A stretch of DNA of 64,000 nucleotides from the NCBI GenBank assembly GCA_965213925.1, contig OZ243927.1:64001-128000 (forward strand), read 5' to 3'. The position numbers and the translations under genes are program-made. This DNA comes from Trueperaceae bacterium (GTDB lineage Bacteria; Deinococcota; Deinococci; Deinococcales; Trueperaceae). The notes under the pieces were generated by a model that did not search any database, was not told the origin of the DNA, and worked only from the letters and a program-made list of their open reading frames with translations. This document shows, piece after piece, positions 9,931 to 18,944 of the stretch. Position 1 is the stretch's first letter. Every line of letters starts with the position of its first letter.

Positions 9931-10920
9931 CTAAAAATTAGCGCCTCCCCTTAAAACGCCTACCGTGATGTAGCCGATATAAACCGCATAAATCGCCAAA
10001 ACGACGAGCCCCTCAATCCGCGTGAACTTGAGGCGCAACGTTAGAAAAATCGCGACGACAACGCTAACCCCGATCATCGTCCAGAAGTCCGGGCTATAGA
10101 ACTCAGGCGGCACATTGAGCGGCACGACCATCGAGGTAATGCCGATAATCGAAAGCACGTTAAAGATATTCGAGCCGACCAGATTGCCTAAAATAATGTC
10201 GCCCTCTTTTTTCAGCGCAGCCGCGACGCTCGCCGCGAGTTCGGGCAGGCTCGTGCCGACGGCGACTAGCGTAATCCCGATGACGCGCTCACTAACGCCC
10301 GCAGCCCGCGCCAAGCCCGTCGCACCGCCAACCAAAAGCTGCGCGCCTGCGACGAGCAGCACCGCGCCAACTGCAGCGAAGATAAGCGGCTTAGCGACGC
10401 CCTCATCTTCGACCTCTTCTAACTCGCTCGCCATCTCCTCGATTTCGCTCTGCTCATCGCTGCGCAAAAGGACGACGACGTAGCCGACGAGTAGACCGAA
10501 CAAGAGGAGACCCTCGAGCCGGTTGATTCGCGCTAGCCCATCCTCGCCTGCGCCAAAGGTCAACACGAGTAGTAGCAAACTCGTCCCGATCATAAAGGGA
10601 ACTTCGCGCCGCACAAAACTCTTCGTCGTCGCGAGCGGATAGATAAGCGCCGCTACGCCCATGACGAGCGCAAGGTTGGCGATGTTCGAGCCGATGATGT
10701 TACCCATGACAAGGTCGTCTGCGTTTTGAAAGGCGGCGGTCAGCGCGGCGGCGAGTTCAGGCGCACTCGTGCCGAACGCTACGACGGTTAAGCCGATAAA
10801 AAGCGTGCTGACGCCGAAATGACGCGCCAGTTTCGCCGCGTTATCAATGAGGTAGTCGCCGCCGAAATACAAACAGACGATGCCCGCAATAATGAGCCCG
10901 AAGGCGAGGAAGATATTCAC
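9931..10920 (-). CDS. Ca2+/Na+ antiporter (YrbG family)
   Basis: Two alpha-repeats GTSAPE...GSNIAN and GTSLPE...GSNIFN. Confidence 0.95.
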   Translation of the reverse strand: MNIFLAFGLIIAGIVCLYFGGDYLIDNAAKLARHFGVSTLFIGLTVVAFGTSAPELAAALTAAFQNADDLVMGNIIGSNIANLALVMGVAALIYPLATTKSFVRREVPFMIGTSLLLLVLTFGAGEDGLARINRLEGLLLFGLLVGYVVVLLRSDEQSEIEEMASELEEVEDEGVAKPLIFAAVGAVLLVAGAQLLVGGATGLARAAGVSERVIGITLVAVGTSLPELAASVAAALKKEGDIILGNLVGSNIFNVLSIIGITSMVVPLNVPPEFYSPDFWTMIGVSVVVAIFLTLRLKFTRIEGLVVLAIYAVYIGYITVGVLRGGANF

Positions 10921-11089
10921 GTAAAAGTCCTTTGGTGTAGAGAGTTGAGTAGCGTCTCAGCAGAGAGGTTGAATAGTTTGGCGTATACAGCATTTCAGCC
11001 AGTCAGCTTATCAGATTTTTCCTGACCTGCTGACTAGCTGACCGGCTGATTGGTTTTTACAGTACGAATTGCGCTACCTTAGTTCTCAC

Positions 11090-11668
11090 TTAGAGGTGAG
11101 GCGTAATCGACGGCATCAGGTTATCAAACGTCCGCCCCGAAGCGTTCTGCCCAATGGCTTGAAACTGCCAGCTATTTCCCTCACGGTAGACTTTCGTCAT
11201 GATCTGCGCGGTGTGGTTTCCTTGCGCCGAGAGGTCGAAGCGGGCGATTTCCTCGCCCGTGCTCTTGTCCACCAAACGGCAAAACGCATTCTCAATCTGC
11301 GAGAAGTTCTCGCCCGTAAAGCTGTTGACGACGAAGACGATGGTCGAGACCTCGCTCGGCACGCCGCTCAAATCTACAATGATTTGCTCATCATCCCCTT
11401 CGCCCGCGCCCGTGCGGTTGTCGCCCGTGTGGATAATGCTCCCGTCACGGCTGCGAAGTTGGCGAAACCAGACCTCATCCACCTTCTGCTTCTGCGCGTT
11501 GAACAAAACCGCGCTCGCGTCCAGGTCGATATCTTGCTGGCGCTTGCCGAAGCCGAAGAACCCGCCTGTTTCCTTCGCGTCCCAGCCGAGCCCCATCACG
11601 ACCTCTTTCAAGCCGCTGCCGCCTTTTTCTAGGCTGATTTTTTGTCCCTTGCTTAAACTTACGCTCAT
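11090..11668 (-). CDS. TerD-family protein (TerZ-like)
   Basis: [25 protein letters not shown]. Confidence 0.93.
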   Translation of the reverse strand: MSVSLSKGQKISLEKGGSGLKEVVMGLGWDAKETGGFFGFGKRQQDIDLDASAVLFNAQKQKVDEVWFRQLRSRDGSIIHTGDNRTGAGEGDDEQIIVDLSGVPSEVSTIVFVVNSFTGENFSQIENAFCRLVDKSTGEEIARFDLSAQGNHTAQIMTKVYREGNSWQFQAIGQNASGRTFDNLMPSITPHL

Positions 11669-11730
11669 GAAGTTCCTTTCGCTGATAATGGTAAGTGCTG
11701 ATGTATTACGGAGATAAACCGCTTAGTTGA

Positions 11731-11799
11731 AAGGACTGAGAGAAAAGGACTGAGGACTGAGTAAAACCCTCTTTTCTCTCAGCATTCAGTCCTTTTCTC
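11731..11799. repeat. AGGACTG heptamer-based inverted repeat (possible terminator)
   Basis: AGAGAAAAGGACTGAGGACTGAG...CTCAGCATTCAGTCCTTTTCTCT; related copy at about 15267-15332. Confidence 0.7.
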
Positions 11800-12954
11800 T
11801 TACTTCCTTCCTGCTCTCCAATTAAACCCAAACCCGTAATGCTCATCCGCCTCACGGTGTCCCGCGAAGTAACGCTCCTCTTTCGTAATCAGAACGTCGC
11901 CTTGGCGGTTTTCAATCGTGCAGATGGCGCAAAAGGTACGCTTAGGGTCGGGGTTATCCAAATTGATGACGATTTCGCGCCCGTTCGGGTCGGTGAGGCT
12001 GAGCCGCGCGTTGACCTCGCCGAAGCCGCGTGCGCCCTCGTAGATAAAGGTGAAGACCATGACCTTGTCGATGAGGTCGGGGCGAAATATCGTCAAGTTC
12101 TCGCCGTCTTGTGATGCGCCGCTGCGGTCATCCTTATCCAAAAGGATATAGGGCGACTCGCCCTTTACGCCGAAGTAGCCGCCGACGGGCTGGATGACGT
12201 GCGAGTCGCCGTCTTGCATCATGAACATGCAGCCCAAGTCGAGGTCGGGCGCTTTTTGGGCAAACCTGCGCTTTTCGGGACTCTGCCAGTTGAGGTTGAC
12301 GTGAACTTGATTCGCGCCGCGTTTGCTGAGGTTGACGCGCTGCTGATCGCCGCGTTTCTCCAGAGTGACTTTGCTCAGATTGACGGTAGGAGGAGGCGCA
12401 GGCTCCGGTTCAGGCGTCGCGGGTTTGATCTCTTCGCCGCCAAAATGCTCGAGAAGAGCACTCAGACCGCCGTTAAACCCTTGCCCCACCGCTGAAACGC
12501 GCCACTCCTCTTTGCGGTAAATCTCGAGCAAAATAATCGCTTTTTCGCTCGAGAAGTCACTCCCCGAAAACTCAAAGCGCATGACCTCTTGGTCGGACGC
12601 GCTGAGGCGAACGTAGCCACTATTTAAGCCGTTCATGCTGCCCGTACCGTCGAGCGACACGGTGAGAACGAGCCGTTCAATCGTATTCGGCAGCTTATCC
12701 AAGTCAATGCGGAACTGCTCGCGCTCGAGCATGTTCCCACCCAACGACTCTAACGCCCCCTCGGGGCTGCGCTTTTGGTTATAAAAGATAAAGTAGCGGT
12801 CGTCGGAGAGCTTGCCGTTCGCGTCCACTCCAAAGAGGCTCACGTCCATATCGCCGGGGACTTGGCTGGATAAGCCGACGCCTAGCTCGAGCCTCTTCTG
12901 CGGGGTCAACGCACTTAACTTGCTCTTCTGACCGCGAACGAAGGTTTGAGACAC
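11800..12954 (-). CDS. TerD-domain plus TerA-like C-terminal domain protein
   Basis: N-terminal KLSDDRYFIFYNQ...[14 protein letters not shown]; Pro linker; C-terminal DLDLGC...LDKDDRSG...GENL. Confidence 0.88.
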   Translation of the reverse strand: MSQTFVRGQKSKLSALTPQKRLELGVGLSSQVPGDMDVSLFGVDANGKLSDDRYFIFYNQKRSPEGALESLGGNMLEREQFRIDLDKLPNTIERLVLTVSLDGTGSMNGLNSGYVRLSASDQEVMRFEFSGSDFSSEKAIILLEIYRKEEWRVSAVGQGFNGGLSALLEHFGGEEIKPATPEPEPAPPPTVNLSKVTLEKRGDQQRVNLSKRGANQVHVNLNWQSPEKRRFAQKAPDLDLGCMFMMQDGDSHVIQPVGGYFGVKGESPYILLDKDDRSGASQDGENLTIFRPDLIDKVMVFTFIYEGARGFGEVNARLSLTDPNGREIVINLDNPDPKRTFCAICTIENRQGDVLITKEERYFAGHREADEHYGFGFNWRAGRK

Positions 12955-12957
12955 CCT

Positions 12958-14523
12958 TTACCGACCCCCGCTGATGATGTCGCCTAAGAGCCCCGAACCA
13001 CCTGCGCCGCGCTGCTCGCCCGTCTGCCGCCTGAGAGCGGACTTTAGCCGGTCGGCGAGTCTCGACAACGGTAAGCTCTGCAAGTAGATACGCCCCGGAC
13101 CCTTCAAGGTTGCCATAAAGAGACCCTCGCCGCCGAAGAGCGCGTTTTTGAAGCCGCCGATGAACTCGATGTTGTAGTCCACCGTGGGAGCCATGCCGAC
13201 TAAGCAACCCGTATCTACGCGCAAGGTCTCGCCCGATTTAAGGTCACGCTGGACGATCGCGCCGCCCGCGTGGATAAAGGCGCGTCCGTCCCCCTTAAGC
13301 CGCTGGAGGATGAACCCCTCACCGCCGAAAAAGCCCGCGCCGATGCGCTTGGTGAAGGCGACGCTGATGTCTACGCCCTTCGCGGCACATAAAAAAGCGT
13401 CCTTTTGACAGAAGAACTCGTTGCCGAATTCGTTCAGGTCAAGCGGAACGATGCGCCCCGGATAGGGCGCGGCGAAGGCGACGTGCCCTTTGCCCTGACC
13501 CTGATACACGAACGAGGTGATGAAGAAGCTCTCTCCGCTGATGGCTCGTCGCAGCCCGCCTAAAAGCCCCTGCATGATGCCGCCGTCACCACCGCCCATG
13601 CCCGTATTCATTTTGATACCGTCGCCCATGTACATCATCGCGCCGACCTCGGCTTGGACGGATTCGCCGTGGTCGAGTTCGACTTCGACGAGCTGCATGT
13701 CGTCACCGAAAATATGATAGTCGATGACGTCGGCGCTACCGCCCTGGTTCATAGTCTGTCCACTGCTCCTCCGAATACTCTCCGCCCCTTGCATCCCTGA
13801 GCCCGACATGGCGGCTCTCTGTTGTTGCGTGGATCCTTGTTGGAAACTTGAGCTTCCCGACGAGGAGGTATTAGAGGCACCAGGCGGCATATTCGGCTTC
13901 GAAGTCTGCACGCTCGGCATGGGCGGCGTGGTCTGTCCGGTGTACTGTCCGTATTGGGTATTGGTCTGAGGGGGCGGCTGGTAATTAGGGTGCGCTTGCG
14001 GCGGCTGGGGTGGAGGGGGCGAGGCGGACTGACCGCCGAAGTGCTCCAAGAGCGCCTCCAACCCTCCCTGAAAGCCTTGCCCTACCGCCGCGAGTCGCCA
14101 CTCATCCTTGAGGTAAAGCTCCGCGAGGATAAGCGCTTTTTCGCCCGAAAGTTCGGCGGCGGCGGTGCTGTAGGTGGCAAAGCCACCATCTGAGCCCGTC
14201 AGCGTGAACTGCGTGTTGCCCGGTCCAGCCTGCTCGCCCGTCACCGTGAAGACGAGCCGCTGCACCTGTGGTGGCAACTTAGCAAGGTCAACATTCACGT
14301 TGACCCTGCCGCTGCTCGCCGGACTCGCGACGATGGCTCCTTCGGGCGAGCTTAACTGGTTGTAAAAGATGAAGTAGCGGTCGTCGCTGAGCCGCCCCGC
14401 GCCGTCCACCCCGAACACGCTGATGTCAGCGTCACTACGGTCGCTGCTCATCGCCACTTGCAAGTTCGTGCTGCGCGTGATTTCCCCCAGCTTCGTCTTC
14501 TGTCCGCGAACGAGGGTGGTCAT
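12958..14523 (-). CDS. TerD-domain / AIM24 (TIGR00266-like) fusion protein
   Basis: N-terminal TerD domain, Pro/Gln/Ser-rich linker, C-terminal GESFF...AFAAPYPG...FFGGEGFILQRL...LFGGEGLF. Confidence 0.88.
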   Translation of the reverse strand: MTTLVRGQKTKLGEITRSTNLQVAMSSDRSDADISVFGVDGAGRLSDDRYFIFYNQLSSPEGAIVASPASSGRVNVNVDLAKLPPQVQRLVFTVTGEQAGPGNTQFTLTGSDGGFATYSTAAAELSGEKALILAELYLKDEWRLAAVGQGFQGGLEALLEHFGGQSASPPPPQPPQAHPNYQPPPQTNTQYGQYTGQTTPPMPSVQTSKPNMPPGASNTSSSGSSSFQQGSTQQQRAAMSGSGMQGAESIRRSSGQTMNQGGSADVIDYHIFGDDMQLVEVELDHGESVQAEVGAMMYMGDGIKMNTGMGGGDGGIMQGLLGGLRRAISGESFFITSFVYQGQGKGHVAFAAPYPGRIVPLDLNEFGNEFFCQKDAFLCAAKGVDISVAFTKRIGAGFFGGEGFILQRLKGDGRAFIHAGGAIVQRDLKSGETLRVDTGCLVGMAPTVDYNIEFIGGFKNALFGGEGLFMATLKGPGRIYLQSLPLSRLADRLKSALRRQTGEQRGAGGSGLLGDIISGGR

Positions 14524-14538
14524 CTTTAACCTACCCGA

Positions 14539-15117
14539 TTAACCGACGTTGACGCCGAAATTCCGCGCCAACGGTCCTAAGCCGCCGTTATAGCCCTGCC
14601 CGACGGCTCTAAACTTCCACTCGTTGTTATGGCGGTAGAGTTCGCCGAAGATCATTGCCGTTTCGGTGCTCGCGTCTTCCGAGAGGTCGTAGCGGGTGAT
14701 TTCGTTGTTACTTTCAGCGTTCACCACACGGATAAAGGCGTTTTGGACCATGCCGAAGTTCTGCTTACGCGAGTCGGCGTCGTGAATCGTTACAGCCACG
14801 ACGAGCTTTTGCACGTCATTGGGCACGCTCGGAAGCTGCACTTTAATCGCTTCGTCGTCCCCTTCGCCCTCGCCCGTGCGGTTGTCGCCCGTGTGCTCGA
14901 CAGAGCCGTCCGAGCTTTTCAGATTGTTATAGAAGATGAAGTCCTGGTCACTGCGAATCTTGCCCGACTCGTTCAGCAAAAAGACGCTCGCGTCGAGGTC
15001 GAAGTCCGAGCCGTCCGTGCTGCGCACGTCCCACCCTAAGCCGACCATCGCGCTCTTTAAGTTCGGGTCTTCCTTGCTGAGACTGACGTTGCCACCTTTT
15101 TGTAGACTGACTGCCAT
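14539..15117 (-). CDS. terD: TerD-family protein
   Basis: [49 protein letters not shown]. Confidence 0.93.
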   Translation of the reverse strand: MAVSLQKGGNVSLSKEDPNLKSAMVGLGWDVRSTDGSDFDLDASVFLLNESGKIRSDQDFIFYNNLKSSDGSVEHTGDNRTGEGEGDDEAIKVQLPSVPNDVQKLVVAVTIHDADSRKQNFGMVQNAFIRVVNAESNNEITRYDLSEDASTETAMIFGELYRHNNEWKFRAVGQGYNGGLGPLARNFGVNVG

Positions 15118-15191
15118 GTTGTGCTCCTCTCGAGATTTATCTTGATAGTTTATTATGCCAAATGTACGTTAAGAATGCGTCAACATCAGGA

Positions 15192-15361
15192 GAGCAATGA
15201 GTTCCGAGCAATTCCCTTTCGGGGTTACGCAGTTTTCCGAAGGAAACGAACGGTGAGCAATAGGTGAGAGAAAAGGACTGAGGACTGACGACTGAGGTTT
15301 GGTCTTTACTTTTCTCTCAGTCCTCAGTCCTTTAACCTTATTTTATCATTGCTCATTGCTG
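15192..15361. repeat. Composite heptamer repeat (GCAATGA/TCATTGC, AGGACTG) carrying a 42-bp nested micro-insertion at 15212-15253
   Basis: Compared with the empty motif GAGCAATGAGTTCCGAGCAATGAG at 45301. Confidence 0.75.
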
Positions 15362-15368
15362 CTTACAC

Positions 15369-15944
15369 CTAAGCGTTCACCCCGTAGGAAGACGCCAGCG
15401 GTCCCAGTCCACCATTAAACCCCTGCCCCACCGCGCGAAACTTCCACTCGCCGTTGTGACGGTAAACCTCGCCAAATACCATCGCCGCTTCAGTGCTGGC
15501 ATCTTCGGAGAGGTCGTAGCGGGCGATTTCGTTGTTACTTTCAGCGTTCACAACACGGATGAAGGCGCTCTGCACCATCCCGAAGTTTTGGCGGCGGCTC
15601 TCGGCGTCGTGAATGGTTACGGTGACGACGACTTTTTGCACGTCGTTCGGGACGCCCTCTAAATTCACTGCGACGACTTCGTCATCGCCCTCACCCTCGC
15701 CCGTGCGGTTGTCGCCTAAGTGCTCCACTGCGCCGTCACTGCTCTTGGCGTTGTTGTAGAAGATGAAATCCTGGTCGCTACGTACCTTGCCCGACTCGCT
15801 GAGCAAAAACGCGCTCGCGTCTAAGTCGAAGTCTGCGCCGTCCGTCGCCCGCAAGTCCCAGCCTAAACCCACGTTAATTTTTTTAAGTCCGGGCTCCGAC
15901 TTGGTCAGCGAGACGTTGCCGCCTTTTTGCAAGTTGACTGCCAT
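15369..15944 (-). CDS. terD: TerD-family protein (TerD/TerE paralog)
   Basis: Close paralog of 14539-15117 with the same motifs. Confidence 0.93.
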   Translation of the reverse strand: MAVNLQKGGNVSLTKSEPGLKKINVGLGWDLRATDGADFDLDASAFLLSESGKVRSDQDFIFYNNAKSSDGAVEHLGDNRTGEGEGDDEVVAVNLEGVPNDVQKVVVTVTIHDAESRRQNFGMVQSAFIRVVNAESNNEIARYDLSEDASTEAAMVFGEVYRHNGEWKFRAVGQGFNGGLGPLASSYGVNA

Positions 15945-16130
15945 ATGTGCCTCCTTTACTTCTTCTATTTACGTTAGCATCAGTTTAGTATAGAGATACC
16001 GTTAGAAATGTTACAGGTTATTGGCATCTTAGCTAGTCAGCATTTTAGATAGCCAGGAAAAGCCTCTCGAGCTTCGGCTAACATGCACCCCGACACCGCA
16101 GAGAAAGAAGCTCTATATCTCTTTCAACCT

Positions 16131-17087
16131 CTACATCACGTTCACCGGAACGAACTCGTGATGCAGTTCTTCTGCACCTAAGGGCGTCACCTCGAGCCCG
16201 TAATGCGCCGCTCTTTGCACAATCTGCTCCGCCCACTTTCTATGCGTGTTCGGCTCGCAGAGTCGCCCGTTGCGCAAAAAGACGGCGGGCGCGTCCGCTT
16301 CTAAAATGGCTTGCGCGCTCTCCCACTCCCGCGGGTTGACCTTGTAGCACGCTTCGATAACCGGGATTTGCTCGGGGTGAATCGCCGTTTTGCCGAAGAG
16401 CCCGTGTTGCAAGTCGAGCTTGACCTCTTTGGTTAGCGTTGCGGGGTCGTTCACCGCGTCGTAAACGGGCGCACTGAGGTTGAAACCGAAGGGTTTGAAT
16501 AGCGTAACGAGGCGGTCAACTACGTGCGAGAGAGGCGTGTCGTAAAGGAGCACGCCGCGCTCGCGCCGCAAGGAGAGCAAATTCAAGAGGTCGTTGCCGC
16601 CGATGCGAAGGGATAAGACGCGCCGCCTAATGTGGGGTGAAAGGAGCGTCTCTCTAAGCTGGGTCATGCTCGCTTCGCTAAAGACCTCTTGCGTCTCGAG
16701 CGTCAGCATCAGCGAGAGGTGGCTCTCGATAGGCAAGAGCCCCAAGTAGTGCGCCAAGCTCTCCACCGTCACCTTGGGCAAGACTAAACCGTGCAAGGGA
16801 GCGGTGTTCATGGCGAGGACGTGGCGCATGACCTCAGCGTTGCGAACGCGCACAAAGCGCATAGGCGCGGCGTCGTCGTCCAAGCTGAGGGTGTTTAGAG
16901 CCGTTGCCAGATTATGCAGCGCGTAAGGCAGTTTGGACAATCCTACCGCGTCCTCCGTGCAGTAAATCAGCGAGCGAAGCGGAAACTTCCGACCTCTTCC
17001 GATCGCGACGAGGTCGGGGTGTGTAGCGGGAACGTACAGACTTGCGCCGAGGGCGAGGGCGTCATTCGTGTGAACCGTCGAGGTCAT
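16131..17087 (-). CDS. HpcH/HpaI aldolase/citrate-lyase-like protein, Ter-associated
   Basis: LGASLYVPAT, CTEDAV, RIGGNDL, GKTAIHPEQI. Confidence 0.9.
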   Translation of the reverse strand: MTSTVHTNDALALGASLYVPATHPDLVAIGRGRKFPLRSLIYCTEDAVGLSKLPYALHNLATALNTLSLDDDAAPMRFVRVRNAEVMRHVLAMNTAPLHGLVLPKVTVESLAHYLGLLPIESHLSLMLTLETQEVFSEASMTQLRETLLSPHIRRRVLSLRIGGNDLLNLLSLRRERGVLLYDTPLSHVVDRLVTLFKPFGFNLSAPVYDAVNDPATLTKEVKLDLQHGLFGKTAIHPEQIPVIEACYKVNPREWESAQAILEADAPAVFLRNGRLCEPNTHRKWAEQIVQRAAHYGLEVTPLGAEELHHEFVPVNVM

Positions 17088-18193
17088 ACGAGCCGCCGGA
17101 TGAGGGAGACTGCCTCGTAAGGCGTGGCGCTGTCTTGCTCGGTAGGAACACCTTTCTCCTCTGCCAAAACGCGCAGGTGTTCAGTGTCGGGGTCGGTCAT
17201 GTCGCGCAAGATGACTAGCGCAGGCGTACGCCGCAAAAGGACGCGGGTCGCCTCGCCGATACCCGGTTTGACGAGGTTTTCGTCCTCTATCTTGTGCTCT
17301 GCTTTGAGATGATCTAAGTATTGGCGGCGATTCTTGAAGAGGTCGGGGGTGGGCTCGAGCGTCTTTATATTTGGCGTGAGGGAAGTTGCGACCTCCTCAA
17401 TCTGTTCGATAAACCAGCGGCTCCGGTCGAAGGGCGAGAGGTCATCCAATAACACGCAGCCGTGAAAGTCATCCTCTTCAATCTGCTCATTCAAAATTGA
17501 ACGGCTGACGAGCCCGCTCACGACGCCGCCCAAAATCGCACTCGGGATGAGGTAATCTTGACTAGTCGCGCTGTGCGCCGCGCTGCCGCAGAGGTCACTC
17601 ACGGCGAGAAGCTTAGTAGGAAGGTCCGTGCCGTGCGCAGCGTTGAACGCTGTGATGCTCTGCTGAAGCTCCCTAGCGATCACTCCTTTGCCCGTCCATC
17701 CATCCAGAAAATGAATTCGGTCTTCCGGGTGATGATTCAAGATAAAACGAAGGGCGTTCGCGTCAATCCCCCGGTCACGAATGATGCTTACGGAGTAATG
17801 CTGCACCGCTCGGTTAAAGCGGCTGCGCAAGAGGCGCGTCAGGGCGACGCCGACGGGCGTTCCCGCTCTCGCCAATGAAACGAGGACGACTTCGCCGCTC
17901 GGGGTAACTTCGTCCGAATAAGCCGCCAAGTCCAAGAGGTGCTGAGCAAACCGCGTCAAATTCCGCGCTATCGCCTCGTCAAAGACGCGCCAATACGCCG
18001 CGCTCGGGGCGCGTTCACGGCTTATCATCTCGCTGTAATGCTTCGCGCCGCTCTGAATGTAACGCTCTTTTTCAGCTACGGGCGTGGGCTCGAGCCTCAA
18101 CACTTTGAGCAAAAACGTCACGTCGCTCGGCGCGTAAGACCCGCTTAGTCCCCTTTGCATTTCATTTCTAAAGCCGTCAATGACCTGAGACAT
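17084..18193 (-). CDS. StiP-family (PRTase-like) protein with C-terminal PELOTA-like domain
   Basis: GSY...DVTFLLK, HYSEM, LVSLARAGTP, DGWTGKG, DYLIPS, VKPGIGEATRVLLRR. Confidence 0.9.
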   Translation of the reverse strand: MSQVIDGFRNEMQRGLSGSYAPSDVTFLLKVLRLEPTPVAEKERYIQSGAKHYSEMISRERAPSAAYWRVFDEAIARNLTRFAQHLLDLAAYSDEVTPSGEVVLVSLARAGTPVGVALTRLLRSRFNRAVQHYSVSIIRDRGIDANALRFILNHHPEDRIHFLDGWTGKGVIARELQQSITAFNAAHGTDLPTKLLAVSDLCGSAAHSATSQDYLIPSAILGGVVSGLVSRSILNEQIEEDDFHGCVLLDDLSPFDRSRWFIEQIEEVATSLTPNIKTLEPTPDLFKNRRQYLDHLKAEHKIEDENLVKPGIGEATRVLLRRTPALVILRDMTDPDTEHLRVLAEEKGVPTEQDSATPYEAVSLIRRLV

Positions 18194-18944
18194 AATGTTC
18201 CAACCCCTCCTCTCGAATTTGCGAACGGCTGGGCAGGACCGCGTAGTCGCAACCCAGCATATAACCCAGGTCGCTCAGACTGTCGCCCAAGCCCAGCGTC
18301 ACGACCTCTTCACGCTGTTCAAAACGTTCTTTTAAGTAGGTGACTGCGTTTGCTTTACTTATCGCCTCGGGCAAAACGGCGACGTTGTTGCCGTTGGCGA
18401 TTACGCGCAACTCGGGCTCGTTCTCGAGCAACTCCTGACAGAGACGGTGCGCCTTTCCTACCGCTTCTAAGTCCGCCCGGGGATGCTTAATGACCAGATA
18501 GACCTCTTGCCCGAAGTCCCCGATGAGGCGTACACGTAAGCCTAAAGACTCGCTCTCGCTAAGGTGCTCGAGTTCTTTCACCACCTTGTTCAAGACCTCT
18601 TGCGTTTGCGCTAAGACCTCTCCGACGTGCGCCAGCCAACCCTCGTCAGGGCTGCCGTCAGCCTGCAAAACCGTGCCGCCGTGGTTGACGATTGCGCCGT
18701 GTGCGAAGCGGCATCCGCTCGGGAGCTTCACGCGAGAGAGCGCCGCCGCGTCGCGCCCCGTCGTTGGGATAACGGTGGTGGTGCTGAGGAGCCACTCGAG
18801 TAGGGTCCTCTGCGCAGGCGTCATAAAGGAGAGCGGTTCGCCCGTTTTGCTGATCGCGCCAACTTCAAGTACCGCGTCAGGCGGACACTTGCGCCGGGTT
18901 TGAAAGATCGTGTCGTCCAAATCCAAAAAGGTCAGGATGCGCAT
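18177..18944 (-). CDS. HAD-superfamily phosphatase, Ter-associated
   Basis: DLDDTIFQT motif I, PTTGR, SKANAV, GDSLSD. Confidence 0.9.
   Translation of the reverse strand: MRILTFLDLDDTIFQTRRKCPPDAVLEVGAISKTGEPLSFMTPAQRTLLEWLLSTTTVIPTTGRDAAALSRVKLPSGCRFAHGAIVNHGGTVLQADGSPDEGWLAHVGEVLAQTQEVLNKVVKELEHLSESESLGLRVRLIGDFGQEVYLVIKHPRADLEAVGKAHRLCQELLENEPELRVIANGNNVAVLPEAISKANAVTYLKERFEQREEVVTLGLGDSLSDLGYMLGCDYAVLPSRSQIREEGLEHYVSGH

Noticed and set aside
15192..15361. Possible CRISPR array or ncRNA in repeat-rich spacers
   Set aside because: No constant repeat with unique equal-length spacers and no cas genes; explained as heptamer repeats with inserts
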